Shown here one piece after another: positions 11,253-25,716 of a stretch of DNA of 64,000 nucleotides. Every line of letters starts with the position of its first letter. Position 1 is the stretch's first letter. The notes beneath the pieces are model-generated. The model saw nothing but the letters and a program-made list of their open reading frames with translations. It searched no databases and was not told the origin of the DNA. Source of the DNA: the human T2T-CHM13v2.0 reference genome, Homo sapiens; the NCBI RefSeq assembly GCF_009914755.1, contig NC_060935.1, one strand, 5' to 3'. The position numbers and the translations under genes are program-made.

Positions 11253-13874
11253 GTTTTTACATGCTGAATACAGACTATTCTCTTACTTCCCCCTCTTCTC
11301 TTTTTTTTTTTTTTTTAACTGCTTCATTTTTTTCTCTCTGAATCTCATCAATGTCCTCTCAAAAGTGAAACAAACCCACACTGTGTTAGCTGGGCTCGAG
11401 ATTGAAGTACCAAAGATTAGCTAACCTGCTGATGGGATTACTTACTGTGAGGGAGAAAAAGTAACAAGCATTGGTATTTCTAGATTCATTCATCTATAAG
11501 AAAATTTCTTTCCCGGCAATGCAAAGAAGAAAACATTTATAATATCTCAGTGTATCAAATATTAATGGCATAAATTCATACAAATGTTTTTCTGTTTAAC
11601 TCAACTGATATTAACTGAGTGCCTGCTAGCTCTTGAGTGATTGCAATTGCACGGTTTTATTGTTTTCTTCTTTCACGAAGGCAGTGGACATTGAGTGACA
11701 AACAGCACATATAATTCATGCCAACATACCAGGATATCCAGCCTATACCACACTAATCATATGTATATTTGGAAGGCATTGTGCATAATTTATTTCATAT
11801 TAGCAGTATGTCTGGATTATTGATTTGTTTTTTTTTTTTGAATCAGATAAGCAAAACAAAAAGTGAAACAAAACAATAACAAAAATGAACAACAAAAGAA
11901 GGGTGATTTTGTGATTCAAAAATTGCAATGTGCCCTGGAAACCATTCTGCCCTAAGAACGCTGCTACAAATGTAACATTGATAATATATTCATTATGTGG
12001 CTTCCAATGTTGCTAAAATGCCTGCCTCTGGGTATCTGTTCCCTACGTAATTGATCTTCAAAATCCTTCCGTTGTGAAAATTATATAGTTCTATTTCTGT
12101 TCAATCATCAAGTTCAAATGAACAACTACTTTATTGTGGAATTGCATTTGTAAGGGAAAAATCTTAATTTTGATATTTGATACTACAGAGTCTACTGCAG
12201 TAATTGGTTAATTTCTTCTCCTGGTGGCAATGGCAGTGTGACCTTCCAATTAAGGGCTATTCATTCTGGTCCTTACAGCAAATTGATATTGTTATCACAG
12301 AATTAAAATGTTGTGTTCTTATGTTTTCTACTACCTCTTCCTGCCTCTCTGCAAATGCCTAGACCGTCTGGATTTCATAAACTTTCTTGAAGCTCTTTCC
12401 ATGATGAAGAATTGTAGTCCCTATCGCAGTTGCATCCAAGGAACATCTGCTCAGAGAAGCCAGTCAATATTGTGGAAAAGTTCAAAGAATGTAGATCATT
12501 ACTAGTGTCAGCTTTACAAACAGGAGGTAATGGCGTTAAAGGGAATGGTCATAATACCCAACAATAGTAACCTCATTAACCAGTGATTTATCATGATGAA
12601 AAGACCTGTTTAACCTTTGGTCTCCACAAGCTTTCTCCTTTTAACAAAAAGGTCTATTATTTCGAGTTGTCAGGAGATAATTTGTGAGTTGTTAAAGGAC
12701 AGATTCAATTACTCTTAAGACAATTATATGGAAACTGCACTCACTGCAAGGTGCCTACACAACAATTTTTGTTTTCCTCAGTCATCTTCCTGGAAACAAC
12801 AAAAAAAACATGAGTTTGGTGACTTTTGTCCCAAAAGCAATTATAATTGTGCCTTCTTATGGCCCTGCTGTCAATGTTTGATTACAAATTGGGCTTTCTT
12901 TGAAACTAGCCTAAGGGAGATTTGAGTTAAATGAGTCCATTGGCATTTAAGGCAACGTGTCAAGCTCCTCTGTCAATTCTGTTACCAGTGATGAGGGACT
13001 ATTGCAGTATCTATTACCTGTGCTGAGGGACTATTGCACTATCAACTGACTCACACACTATGTGGGAATACAGTAACAGGTCAGGCAGTGTTCTGCCTTC
13101 CACAAGCTTGTGGACTTCTGTTAGGATGTTCTCTCAGCTTGTACCTTTTAGAGCTCTTTTAAGAGTTTATAAAATGACTACGTTTTTGCAGGTCTCCTGG
13201 TTGGGTCTGGCAATGGCTGGGAAACTACTTCTCTCATGCTAAGGAATCTGATCTCCAATAATATCAGAGAGATAGGGGAAAAAATATAAAACAGTTTATA
13301 TTTTGGGTTGGGCAGATTGCTTGGAATTATTAACTCTCCTGAGTCTCTCTGGTCCAAATTGAGGAAGGATACAAACTATAACATCTGTGCCACTCCAGAT
13401 TCTTTAGAGCAGAAACTGTCAATTGTGACAAATTGAACCCAATTGTACAGAGGCTTTTGTGGAGTAGACAAATGTCCATCAGGGTCTCAACTGAAGCCAC
13501 CAAACTCAGTTCGCTTGTGCCTTCTCTGTAATTTATACCCTGGATCCCTGAGGCGAGAGACCCTACTATTTGATCATCTGACCACAGTAAATAAGACCAA
13601 CTGGAGGACTTTTAACTGAAGGAGTTTAGAAAGAATCCAGCTTTCTGAATGTGATGACAGGCATTGAAGTTGCTTGCTCTCATGGTTTTATTACTGACAC
13701 AGGGGTATAAGAGATGTTTGAAAAAAGGTCATCCTTTATAAGACTTGTATTCAGGGGTAAACCTGAGCCCCAGATTTTGGTTATAAGTTAAATATTTTAT
13801 GCTATCTTTAAGAAAACATGTTGCTTTTATTTATGTTATCCAAATATCAAATATCTTGCATATTGCTTTGAATA

Positions 13875-13945
13875 GGTTCAAGCTATCCTCCTGCCTCAGC
13901 CTCCTGAGTAGCTGGAATTACAGGCATGAGCCACTACACGTGGCC
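13875..13945 (-). mobile_element. Short Alu-monomer fragment
   Basis: cctcctgcctcagcctcctgagtagctgg...gagccac; no tail. Confidence 0.85.
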
Positions 13946-14068
13946 TGAATTTTTATTCTTAAAGACTAATTTCAGGTGCTTATTCTAGTACTTTGTTGAG
14001 GAACACCGTTACGGACTATCTGAGTTTAGTTGCTTGCAACATTTTTTATTTTTGTTTTAAAAAATTAT

Positions 14069-14176
14069 TTCCATTGTTCAATTCCCATCTATGAGTGAGA
14101 ACATGCGGTGTTTGGTTTTTTGTCCTTGTGATAGTTTGCTGAGAATGATGGCTAAAACTTAAAGTATAATAATAAA
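14069..14176. mobile_element. 5'-inverted micro L1PA (L1PA2/3-like)
   Basis: Antisense L1 piece 14069-14151 joined to sense terminal ctaaaacttaaagtataataataaaa; TSD aaaaaattat at a TT|AAAA site. Confidence 0.85.
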
Positions 14177-14978
14177 AAAAAATTATCATTTCCAGAAACC
14201 CAGTAAGAGTTATTTCTGATTTCATTAGGGGAGAAAGAGTGAATAACATCCAGTTTTAATAAATATTTTTACCTGATTATATCATTACATGGATTTAGTT
14301 AAAACAAATAAATTTAGGGTCTTGAAAGACCTCCAGATCTAAGTAATTAAACAAAATAATGGTGAAGGAGGGGAAGGACCTCATAGAAAACCCATTCTTA
14401 AACTGCAATTATTAGGTTAATCAGCTTATTTTTGAGTGCTATATACTTTCTTGCTTCCACAGAAGTTCAGAGGCACCTTACATAAAGGTGCAAGACAGAT
14501 AAAGTGAGACATCAGAGATTAGGAAGGGTTAAGTAATTGTGAACCAGAGAAAAGTGTTTGGCTTAAACCAAAAGGGGATATGTGATAAATCATATATCTC
14601 CCATTTTATGTTAAATGTAATTATATGGGTTTATGAGGAAAGTAAGACCTTTTCCTGAACAAAATATTCTAGAAGGATGTTCTTGATAAATGGTTGGGTT
14701 TTAAACTATTTGCTCCAGAAATGAAAAGCCTTTAGATCATTATTTCTTAAGGTCCAGGGTTTCACATTTTAGCAAAAGAAAAGCCTGGAAATTAGATCTC
14801 TATATAAACCTTGCATTCCAATATTTGAAAGTATCAACAAACTAGAAGAAATTAATGCTATATCTATTATCTTACTTGGAAAAATCTCTAAAGTATTTTT
14901 ATGTTACATAAATACATTAAATTGTAAGCTAAAAAACTAAGACGATGGAAGAAATGAAGGTGTATCAGAATCAAGCTA

Positions 14979-15368
<390 letters not shown>

Positions 15369-16069
15369 TTAACTAGAAGGAATAAAAATCTTGAGGAATT
15401 TGAGATTTGGATATTTGGATAACATAAATGCTTAGTTTGCTGAAATTTAAGGAAGAAGCTATTAATTTTCATGATTGTAGGTATAAAACCTCTCTAGCAT
15501 TTCTGGCACTACTTTATTACATAAGAAGGAAAACACAATTGAATGTTTCATGATAGTTATAGATCTTTCTGACCTTGGGACCATCATTTTGGAGAGCAAT
15601 TCTTGTTATAAGATAAGCTATAAATCCTTGTGGGCACAGACGGCCTTGTTCATCTTCCCTATTATAGTGCTAGGCAGGGACCTTATGCAGACCAGGCACC
15701 TGTAACTGTTTGCTAGTTTAGAAGGAAGTGCCCAAAATTGGCAAAAATGGCTAGTGGAAGGAGACTTCTCTGTGAATTGGCCCTGGCAACCACCGTTGAG
15801 CACTGTTTCAGTGCTCAAGGAACAAAAGTTAGGATTTTAAAACTGGAAGGAACTTCATCTTGAGGTTTGATATGGCCAATCACACCTTGTTTCCTCCAGT
15901 TTCAGAAAAAGTTGAGAATTAGCTACAGACTGCCAATAGGGCTATATTGGAGAATTTATCTTATATTTTAAACCAATGGAATTTCTAAAATTGTTACCTT
16001 ATAGAGAGGAGATTGGGTCTGAAGAATGGGCAGTCACTCAATCCAATTGCAAGGGAAATAACTCACAAA

Positions 16070-16107
<38 letters not shown>
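16070..16107. repeat. (CT)n(CA)n microsatellite
   Basis: Seen directly. Confidence 0.95.
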
Positions 16108-16347
16108 TTCACACGAACCTCTAGACTTGTCTCTAGAATAGTGGCTCTAGAGACTTCTAGACACTATCTATATTGAAGGACTAGGTTCTTAAAATTTCCA
16201 ATCCATAGCACACTATAAATTTTCCAAATGCAGTAAGTATGAATTACTAGACAAATGAAGAAAGAAAAGATATGTAAAACACAAATGTTAATGTTTATTA
16301 TATTTGACACATATAAAATTATATTTCAATTAATATAATAAAGTAAG

Positions 16348-16470
16348 AGCTGCATGCAGTGGTATGCACCTGTGGTCACAGCGACTCAGACAGCTAAGGT
16401 GGGAGGATTGCATGAGCCTAGGAGTTCAAGGCCAGTTGAGCAACATAGACTCCCATCACTAAACAAACAG
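16348..16470 (+). mobile_element. FLAM-type Alu monomer
   Basis: Diverged monomer ggtgggaggattgcatgagcctaggagttcaag. Confidence 0.8.
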
Positions 16471-16719
16471 AAACCAAATCACATAGATAAAAGCAGAGAA
16501 TTACAAAGCTTTATATACATTTCATTGAAAGTGTGCATATGGGCAATTAATATGTAGAATTACTATTATACTCACAACTTTTTGCCACTCCTAAATCAGA
16601 ACAAAATTTAAAATTATGAGTAAAATAGCAATTCCCCACATTTAATACCTATTGCGTGCTTTGCGTGAACATTATGTATATCAATGCTATTTTTATAAGT
16701 CAGGTTTTTGGAAGTATAA

Positions 16720-17555
16720 CTTATGTTTATTATAATTTACGTTATAATTTGCCGGCAAATCCACCCCTTTTAGGTGCACAGTTTGACAAGTACAAATGTG
16801 TAAAGTCATGTAACCAATCAAGATATAGGATATTTCAACATCCCAGAAATTTCCATTATGCCCTCTTACAATTAAACCCTTTTCACTACTCTTAGCCTCT
16901 GGCAACCAGATCTAATTTCTGATAGTATGATTTTTTTTTCTTTCCGCAAATGACATATAGATGGAACCAAATACGATGAAGCTATTTGTGTCTGGCTTTT
17001 TTCATTTAACATAATGCTTTTAAGATTTAGCCATGTTGTTGCATGTATCCATAGTTCATTAGTTTTCATTGCTGAGAAATATGTCATTTGTATGGGATAT
17101 AATACAATCTGTTTGTTCTCCAGTAGATGGACCTTTGGAGTGTCTATAGTTTCGGGTAATTACAAATACAGCTGCCATAAATATTCACATATTTTGTGTG
17201 GACAGATTTTTTCATAGCTCTTGAGTGAATTCCTAGAGTTACTGAGTCTTATGGTAATAGCATATTTAATTTTATAAGAAACTGCCGAAGTTTTTCAAAG
17301 TACCTGTAGCAGTTTGCATTCTCACTAGCAATATGTAAGAGTTCATTGCTCACCGATATACCAATATTCAGGATTGTCGTTTAAAAAATCTTTAGCTGTT
17401 TTAATAGGTGTGAAATGGTATATGATTGTGGTTTTAATTTGGATTTCTCTGATATCTAATGAAGTTGAGTATCTTGACATGTATTCGTCTCCAGAATCTC
17501 TCTTTTTTTTTTTTTTTGGAGAAATATTGGTTCAAATTTTTAGCCCATATTTTTT
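16720..17555 (-). mobile_element. L1M (MC/MD-like) 3' end
   Basis: gtctggcttttttcatttaacataatg...gtagatggacctttgg...gattgtggttttaatttggatttctctga. Confidence 0.8.
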
Positions 17556-18557
17556 CCAGTTTAAATATTTATTTATCACATACACCAGATATTGTGTTAT
17601 TCACAGAAGAAGAAGAACTCTAAATAATACTATGTCTACTGGAAAGAGATATTTAATCAAAGAACTAGAATACAGTATGGTAAGAACATAGCCCACACTT
17701 GACATACAGACTAACATATGCATGAAGATATTTATCATCACAGTCATTCTGCAATGTTAAGAGTGACACAGATGACATAAACAATATAAAACCAATTAGA
17801 TCTTTTTAAATAAAATTTTCCACTTTAGAAAGCTTAGAAGAAGCTTTCAGATAGAAGAAAAATCACTATTAACATTTTGGTCTATGTACTTTTACTTTTT
17901 TTTTTCCTTATAAGTATTTTTTTGTTTATTTATCAAAATGGGATCATACTATACCAGCCTTTTAACCTGAACGTCTTTCCATGCTATTAAATAGTCTTCT
18001 ACAACACCATCAGTATGCGATTGTACAATGTAGGAACATTCATAAATTTCTAAAATTAATTTCCTATAGTAAGTCATTTTAGTTGTTTCCAAATTTCCAT
18101 AATTATAAACAATCATTTACTGAACATTCAGGAGATGAATTGCTGCGCACTTAAGCAATGTTTTCTTTAAGATAAATTCCTGGTAGGGAAATTGCTGATT
18201 CAAAAGAAATAAATATTTTTAAAGCCTTGGTGAGTTTTACCCTACACTGCAGTGTTTCCTGGTAAAGTTATATAAATTTATATCTACCAATAGCATAATA
18301 AAGATTAATGTAGGGGCGATATCCTTAAAATAAAAACAATTTAAATATGAACATTTCTATCATAAGTTGCATTTGTTTGATTTGTAGTAAAATTGAATAT
18401 TTTATGTGTATTTTCTGTTTCTATGCATTAATAAAATTTTCATGAATTTTTCATTTATGTTCTTGGCCTGTATTTTTACCTATTTATCTTTCAATAATTT
18501 GTAAAAACTCTTTTTCTTTTGGTGATATATCACATAACCAATGTGTTTCTCTTATGA

Positions 18558-18907
<350 letters not shown>

Positions 18908-19605
18908 TTAAGTTTATGTATTTTAATCTGTCAATCTTTTCTTATAGACCTGTGTCAGAAGTCACCCTCATGATGTTCTTTTCCTCTCTCTGATTATTTA
19001 CATATTTCCCTATTTACATTTCAGTATTTAATGCATTTGGAATTGATTTTGATATATTAAAGGAGTAAAGCTTTAACTTTTCCCCCACATTTTGAGCCAG
19101 TTTTCCCAGCTCTATTTGTGGAACTTCTCCTATTTTGAAATATCACCTTTATCATGTATAAATTTATCATACACTTAGGTATGTTTCTGAACTTTGAATT
19201 TTGTTCCACAAAATTTCCTCTCTTCTCTGAAAATGAAATTATTTCATTTGAAGTGAAAGACAATGCTACAGTCTTTTAATTACTATAGTTTTATAATACG
19301 TTCTGATATCTGGTGTAACAAGCACTGTCCCTATCACACCCTTTACAATACTTTCTCTAGATGTTCTTGACTGTTCTCAGACCTTAGTATTCTGGAAATT
19401 CTTAAAAGCATATTTGAGTTTAAAACAGGAATTGGAATTTTTATTGCAATTTCATTAGATTTATAGATTATTGCATTTCATTACATTTATAGATTATACA
19501 TGAATCTGAGAAGAATTTGCATCTTTATAACAATCAGCCTTATCATTGAGAGACAAGCTGGGTCTTAGCATTTACTCATGTTTTCACTTACGTTCTTCAG
19601 TAAAG

Positions 19606-19909
19606 TTTTTTTGTTTTGTTTTGTTTTTTGAGACAGTCTCACTCTGTCGCCCAGGCTGGAGTGCTGTGGTGCAATCTCTGCTCACTGCAACATCCGCCTC
19701 CTGGTTCAAGCAATTCTCCTGCCTCAGCCTCCCAAGTAGCTGGGATTACAGGCATGCACCACCACGTCCAGCTAATTTTTTGTATTTTTAGTAGAGGTGG
19801 GTTTTTACCATGTTGGTCAGGCTGGTTTTAAACTCCTGACCTCAAGTGATCTGCCTGCCTTGGCCTCCCAAAGTGCTAGGATTACAGGTGTGAGCCACTG
19901 CACCCAGCC
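19606..19909 (-). mobile_element. Alu (Sx/Sz-like)
   Basis: Full dimer; short TSD aagtttt. Confidence 0.95.
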
Positions 19910-20376
19910 AAGTTTTATAGCTCTTTAATAGGTTCTGTATGTTTTGGGTTATGCAAAGAATTATGTTGTTGTTCTTATTGTTACTGCTGGCACCTGTTTT
20001 TTCATTATATTTTCCAACTGATTACTGTTTTTCCATGGTATTATATTTATAGATTTTTATTTAAAACTAAAAAAGTAAGTATTCTAATTAGTTTCAAAAG
20101 TATTTGAGCTTATTTTGAGGGGTTTTCTAAATATATAGTTATATAATCTGTAAATAATTATAACTTTATCTCTACTTTTCTGATTTTTGTATCTCATTTC
20201 TTTGATATTTCATTATTTAGAAGGATTTTGGCTGATAATTTTAGGCAATTCCTCATAACATTACATTTTAGTTGCATATTAAGTTACATTATTACTTTTT
20301 GTTTATTGAGGCATTTTAAAACCAGGAATAGATGTCAATAGATTACCTTATATTGAACCATTTAAAAAATTCTGAA

Positions 20377-20674
<298 letters not shown>

Positions 20675-21025
20675 TTCTGAATAAACCCTATTTTGCTATA
20701 ATACATAATTATTTTAAAATAATTCTCAAACAGGTTTGCTAATATTTCATTTTATATATTTGTATCTATAACTATAATTTTGGATTTTAATTGCTATAAT
20801 TGTTAAGGTATGTTATCAATTTTGGGCTATTCTCAGTTGAGAAACTGGGAAACTCTTCATCTTTTTCTATTGTCTACAACAGTTTAACTGCATAAGCATA
20901 CTTGTTGCTTAAAAGATGGGCTTCACTCATCTATATGTTGGTTTTGTTTCAAGACTTTTACAAACGTATCATCCAAAACATTTTTTTAAATCAGATTTAT
21001 TGATCCAAGTATTTGGAATGGAAAA

Positions 21026-24000
21026 AAATCAGGTTTATTGAGTTATGATTTAAATCGAGTAAAATTTACCCTTTTTTCATATATAGTTCAATGAGTTTTG
21101 CTATATACATGCAGTCAGGTAACCGCCAACCAATCAAGATACAAAATATTCCAATATTCCCCCAAGAGTCCTTTCAGGGTACCCCTTGGTAACTCTGAGC
21201 CTGTTCCTGTAGTTTTACCTTTTTTTAAATATCATATAAATGGAGCCACACAGTTTGATTCCACAATCTTTTGTATCTGACTTTTTTTACTTAGCACAAT
21301 GATTTTCAGAATCATACATGTTATTACACATATCAGTAGTTTATTCTCATTATTGAGTGGTATTTCATTGTATGGATGTAGCAAAATTCATTTATCTGTT
21401 CACCAGTTAATGGACATTTGGGTTATTTTCAGTCTTGGGCAATTATGAATAAAGTTAGGGTAATTATGAATAAAGTTACTATAAACATTTATGAACAGAT
21501 TTTGTCTCTACATATATTTTCATTCCTCTTGGATAAATGTCTAGAAGTAGAATTGCTAGTTCATATGGTAAGGGTATTTTTAAGTTTATAAGAAATTGTC
21601 AGACTGTTTTCTAAATAACTAAACTATTGTACATTTTCATCAACATTATATGAGAGTTCAAATTGCTCTACATCTTCACTAGTATTTGGAGTTGTTTTTC
21701 TTTCTTTTTTTCTTTTAACCATTCTAAAAAGTGTGTAGTAATATCTCACTGTAGTTTTAATTTGTATTTCCCTAATGACTAAAAATGTTAGCATGTTTGA
21801 AAGTGCTTATTGGCCATCCAAATCTCTTCTTTGATAACGTCTATTTAATTCTTTTGCCCATTAAATTTTTTTACTATTATAGAGTTGTAAGAGTTCTTTA
21901 TATATCCTGGATGCAAGTCTTTTATCAAATGTTTTATTTGCAAATATTTCCTCCCAGTCTATGGTTTGACTTTTCATTTTCTCAATAATGTCTTTTAAAG
22001 AGCAGAAATTTTACATTTTGTTTAAATATACTTTATCAAGGTTTTTCTTTTATGGCTCAAGCTTTTTGCATTTTATCTAAGAAATATTTGCCTGATCCAA
22101 GATTACAAAGATTCTCTGTAGTGCTTTATTCTAGGAGCTCTGTAGTTTTAGGCTTCACATTTAGGTCTCTGACTCAATTTGAGTTAATTTTTGTATATGT
22201 TGTAAATAAGAGTTGCAATTCCTTTTTTTCTTTCTTTTTTTCTTTTTTTTACATGAATATTCAACTTTTGAAGTACCATTTGCTGAAAAGATTATACTTT
22301 ATTCATTGAATAACCTTAACACTGTTGTCAAAAATCAGTTGAATATATATCTGTGGGTATATTTCTGCACCCTATATTATGTTTCATTGATCAATAGGTC
22401 TGTCTTTATTCTAATTCCACATGGTATTTATTAGTGTAGCATTACAGTAAGCCTTGAAATCAGTTGATGTTGTTCTTTTTCAAAGTTGTTCTGGCTATTT
22501 AGGGGCCTTGATTTTCTGTATACATTTTAAAATACAGTATACATTTTGTTTAAAATATTATTTTTAAAAATATACTTATATATTTCTATATTATTTATAT
22601 ATAATCTTTATAAAGTATTATTACAAGTAATAATACTTATTTAAAATAAAGCACATATTTTAAAATAAGCTTGTGATTTCTACAAAATATCCTGCTGGGA
22701 TTTTGGTTCGAATTGATTGAAATCTATAGATCAATTTGGGCAGAATTGACATATTCCCAATATTAATCCAATAATATAGTATATCTCTCTATTTATTAAG
22801 TATTCTTTAATTTCTCTCTTCAGGGTTTTGTAATTTTCATTATACAAATCTTGCACAGATTCAGTTAGATTTATTTCTATGTATTTGATGGTTTTGGAAG
22901 CTATTGTAAATAGCATTTAAAAACTTTTAAACTTTCTGATTGTTCACTGTTAGTATGTAGAAGTATAATTGATTTTGGTATTTTGAGCTTGTATCCTGAA
23001 ATTATCCTAAACTCACTTATTATTTCTAGTAGCATTTTAAATAGTTTTTTTTATTTTGTATATAGGTGATTATAAATCTTCTAGTAAAGAGAGATTTATT
23101 TTTTCCTTTCCAATTGTATGCCTTTTTTTTCTTGACTTATTGCATTGGTTATAATCTTTAATACAATGTTAAATAATAGTAGTGAGAGCAAACATCCTTG
23201 CCTTCCTCTTGATTTTAAAGGAGAAAGAATTCAGTCTTTTACCACAAAGTAAGATACCAGTATAGGTTTTTCATAGATGTCCTTTATAAGGTTAAGGAAG
23301 TTCCCTTCTATTCCTAGCTTGCTAAAAATTTTTATCATCAATTGATGTTGGATTTTGTCAAATGCTTTTCTGCATCTATTGAGATGAGCATGGGATTTTT
23401 CTCTTTGGTCCTTTGACGTGATTATTTATGCTGATTGATGTTCATATGTTGACTCAACTTTGGCTTTGTAGGATAAATTCATGATATGTCATTTATATAT
23501 TGATGAATTCAACTAAATAAATATTTTGTTAAAGATTTTTATGTTTAGTATTCATGAGAAATATTACACTGTTTTCTTTTCCTATAATGTTTTTCTGTGG
23601 TTTTGCTGTCAGGGTAATGCTGACCTCATAAAATGACTTTGGATGTATTTCTTTCTCTTCTATTTTCTGGAAGAGTTTATTTAGGATTGGCATAATTTCT
23701 TCTTTAAATGTTTGGTAGAATTCACCAGTGAACTCCTCTGGGCCTGAAGTGTTCTTTGTGAGAAAGTTTCTAGTAATGAATTGAATTGCTTTAATAAATA
23801 AAGGACAATTCAGATTATATTTCTTCCTGAGTAGTTTTTGTCTTTCAAAAAAATCTGTACATCTACCTAAGATCAAATTCATTGACATAAAGATATTCAC
23901 AATATTATTTTATCTTCTAATTTCTGTAGTACATATATTAATGTTCTCTTTTTCATTACTGATTTGATAACTTCTGTCTTCCCTCTTTTTTCCTTGATCA

Positions 24001-24310
24001 GCCTGTCTAGAAGTTTATCAATGTTAATGACCGTTTCAAAGAAACAAATTTTAACTTCAAAATTTTTTCTCTATCATTTTCTATTTTAAATTGTATTTTT
24101 AAATTTATTTATTTATTTATTTATTTATTGCTCTTTATTGTTTCCTTCCTTTTGCTTGCCTTCTTGCTTTGGTTTGCATTTGATTTTTATTTCTTTTCTT
24201 CTTCTTTTTTTTTTAGTTTCTTAAGGTGGAATCTTAGATTATTGATTAAAGGACTTACTTGTTTTCTAATAAGAACATATAATGCTATACATTCTCCTCT
24301 AAGCTACATC
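21026..24310 (-). mobile_element. L1M (MC/MD-like), ~3.3 kb with ORF2 remnants
   Basis: 3' end ctttattgag-type motif; ORF 23529-23900 SGPEEFTGEFYQTFKEEIMPILNKLFQKIEE and ORF 22731-22916 [18 protein letters not shown] are L1 ORF2. Confidence 0.9.
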
Positions 24311-24489
24311 ATGAGTTTTTAATGTGAAAAATAAGCTTGCTTTGTGATTAATTTATCTAGCCTGGGTTACACTGACATATTTTTAAATGCTTAGTGACAG
24401 TGTCTGCATTACTTGTCTTGGATCAGTAATAAACATTTTGGTCAACGGATCAAATGTTTAGTATCTCTGCATTAGAAGATGTGACCAGG

Positions 24490-24763
24490 GGTCGGGTGCA
24501 GTGGCTCACGCCTATAATCCCAGCACTTTGGGAGGCTGAGCCTGGTGGATCACTTAAGGTCAGGAGTTCGATAGCAGCCTGGTCAACATGGTGAAACCGT
24601 CTCTACTAAAAATACAAAAATTAGCAGGGCATGATGGCACATGCCTGTAATCCCATCTACTCGAGAGGCTGAGCAGGAGAATTGCTTGAACCTGGGAGGT
24701 GGAGGTTGCAATGAGCCAAGATTACACCACGGCACTCCAGCCTGGGCAACAGAGCAAGACTCC
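24490..24763 (+). mobile_element. Alu lacking poly(A) tail
   Basis: Ends gcaagactcc directly into atgggaccagg, matching left flank atgtgaccagg. Confidence 0.9.
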
Positions 24764-25061
24764 ATGGGACCAGGGTTTTGATCCAGCTTTGCTCAGCATA
24801 TGGATGAAGATGTATAGGCTGGAGGGAGAATATTGTATCTGTGACTACTCAGGCAACCAACCAGAAAGAGGAGAGCAGGCCGTTGGAAACTGCAACCTTT
24901 AACACCCCACATAGTGTGTTAGAGAGGTGGATCCAAGGGATAGGGCTCTAGTCCTCTCCCACCTTAGAAAGGAGTCAAGGTGAGGAAGAGTTAAATAAAG
25001 TGCCTTTTTAATACCAAAAAGAGAGTAGGAATTCCCATTCCATGGACCTGCGTGAACATGA

Positions 25062-25437
<376 letters not shown>

Positions 25438-25660
25438 TATTACCATCACCTTTCCCAATTTACACACCTTAGAGATAAAATAATTTACTACAATTTCCTA
25501 ACTAAGGCTTGGAATGCTTAAGTGATATGCCTAAAGTCAATCATCTGGTTAGTATTAGAACATAGAAAGTTTCCTGACTCTTCCTCAAATGTACGCTTTC
25601 CATAGTGTTAAGATTAAATCATTTCTCCCTTGCCTTTTAGCTTATAACTAAAGTATAGGG

Positions 25661-25684
25661 GTGTGTGTGTGTATGTGTGTGTGT

Positions 25685-25716
<32 letters not shown>
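25661..25716. repeat. (TG)n(AG)n microsatellite
   Basis: Seen directly. Confidence 0.95.

Noticed and set aside
23529-23900. 123-aa ORF
   Set aside because: Decayed L1 ORF2 fragment.
24430-24460. 9-bp-arm hairpin taaacattt...aaatgttta as a miRNA or terminator
   Set aside because: Too short and AT-rich; expected by chance.
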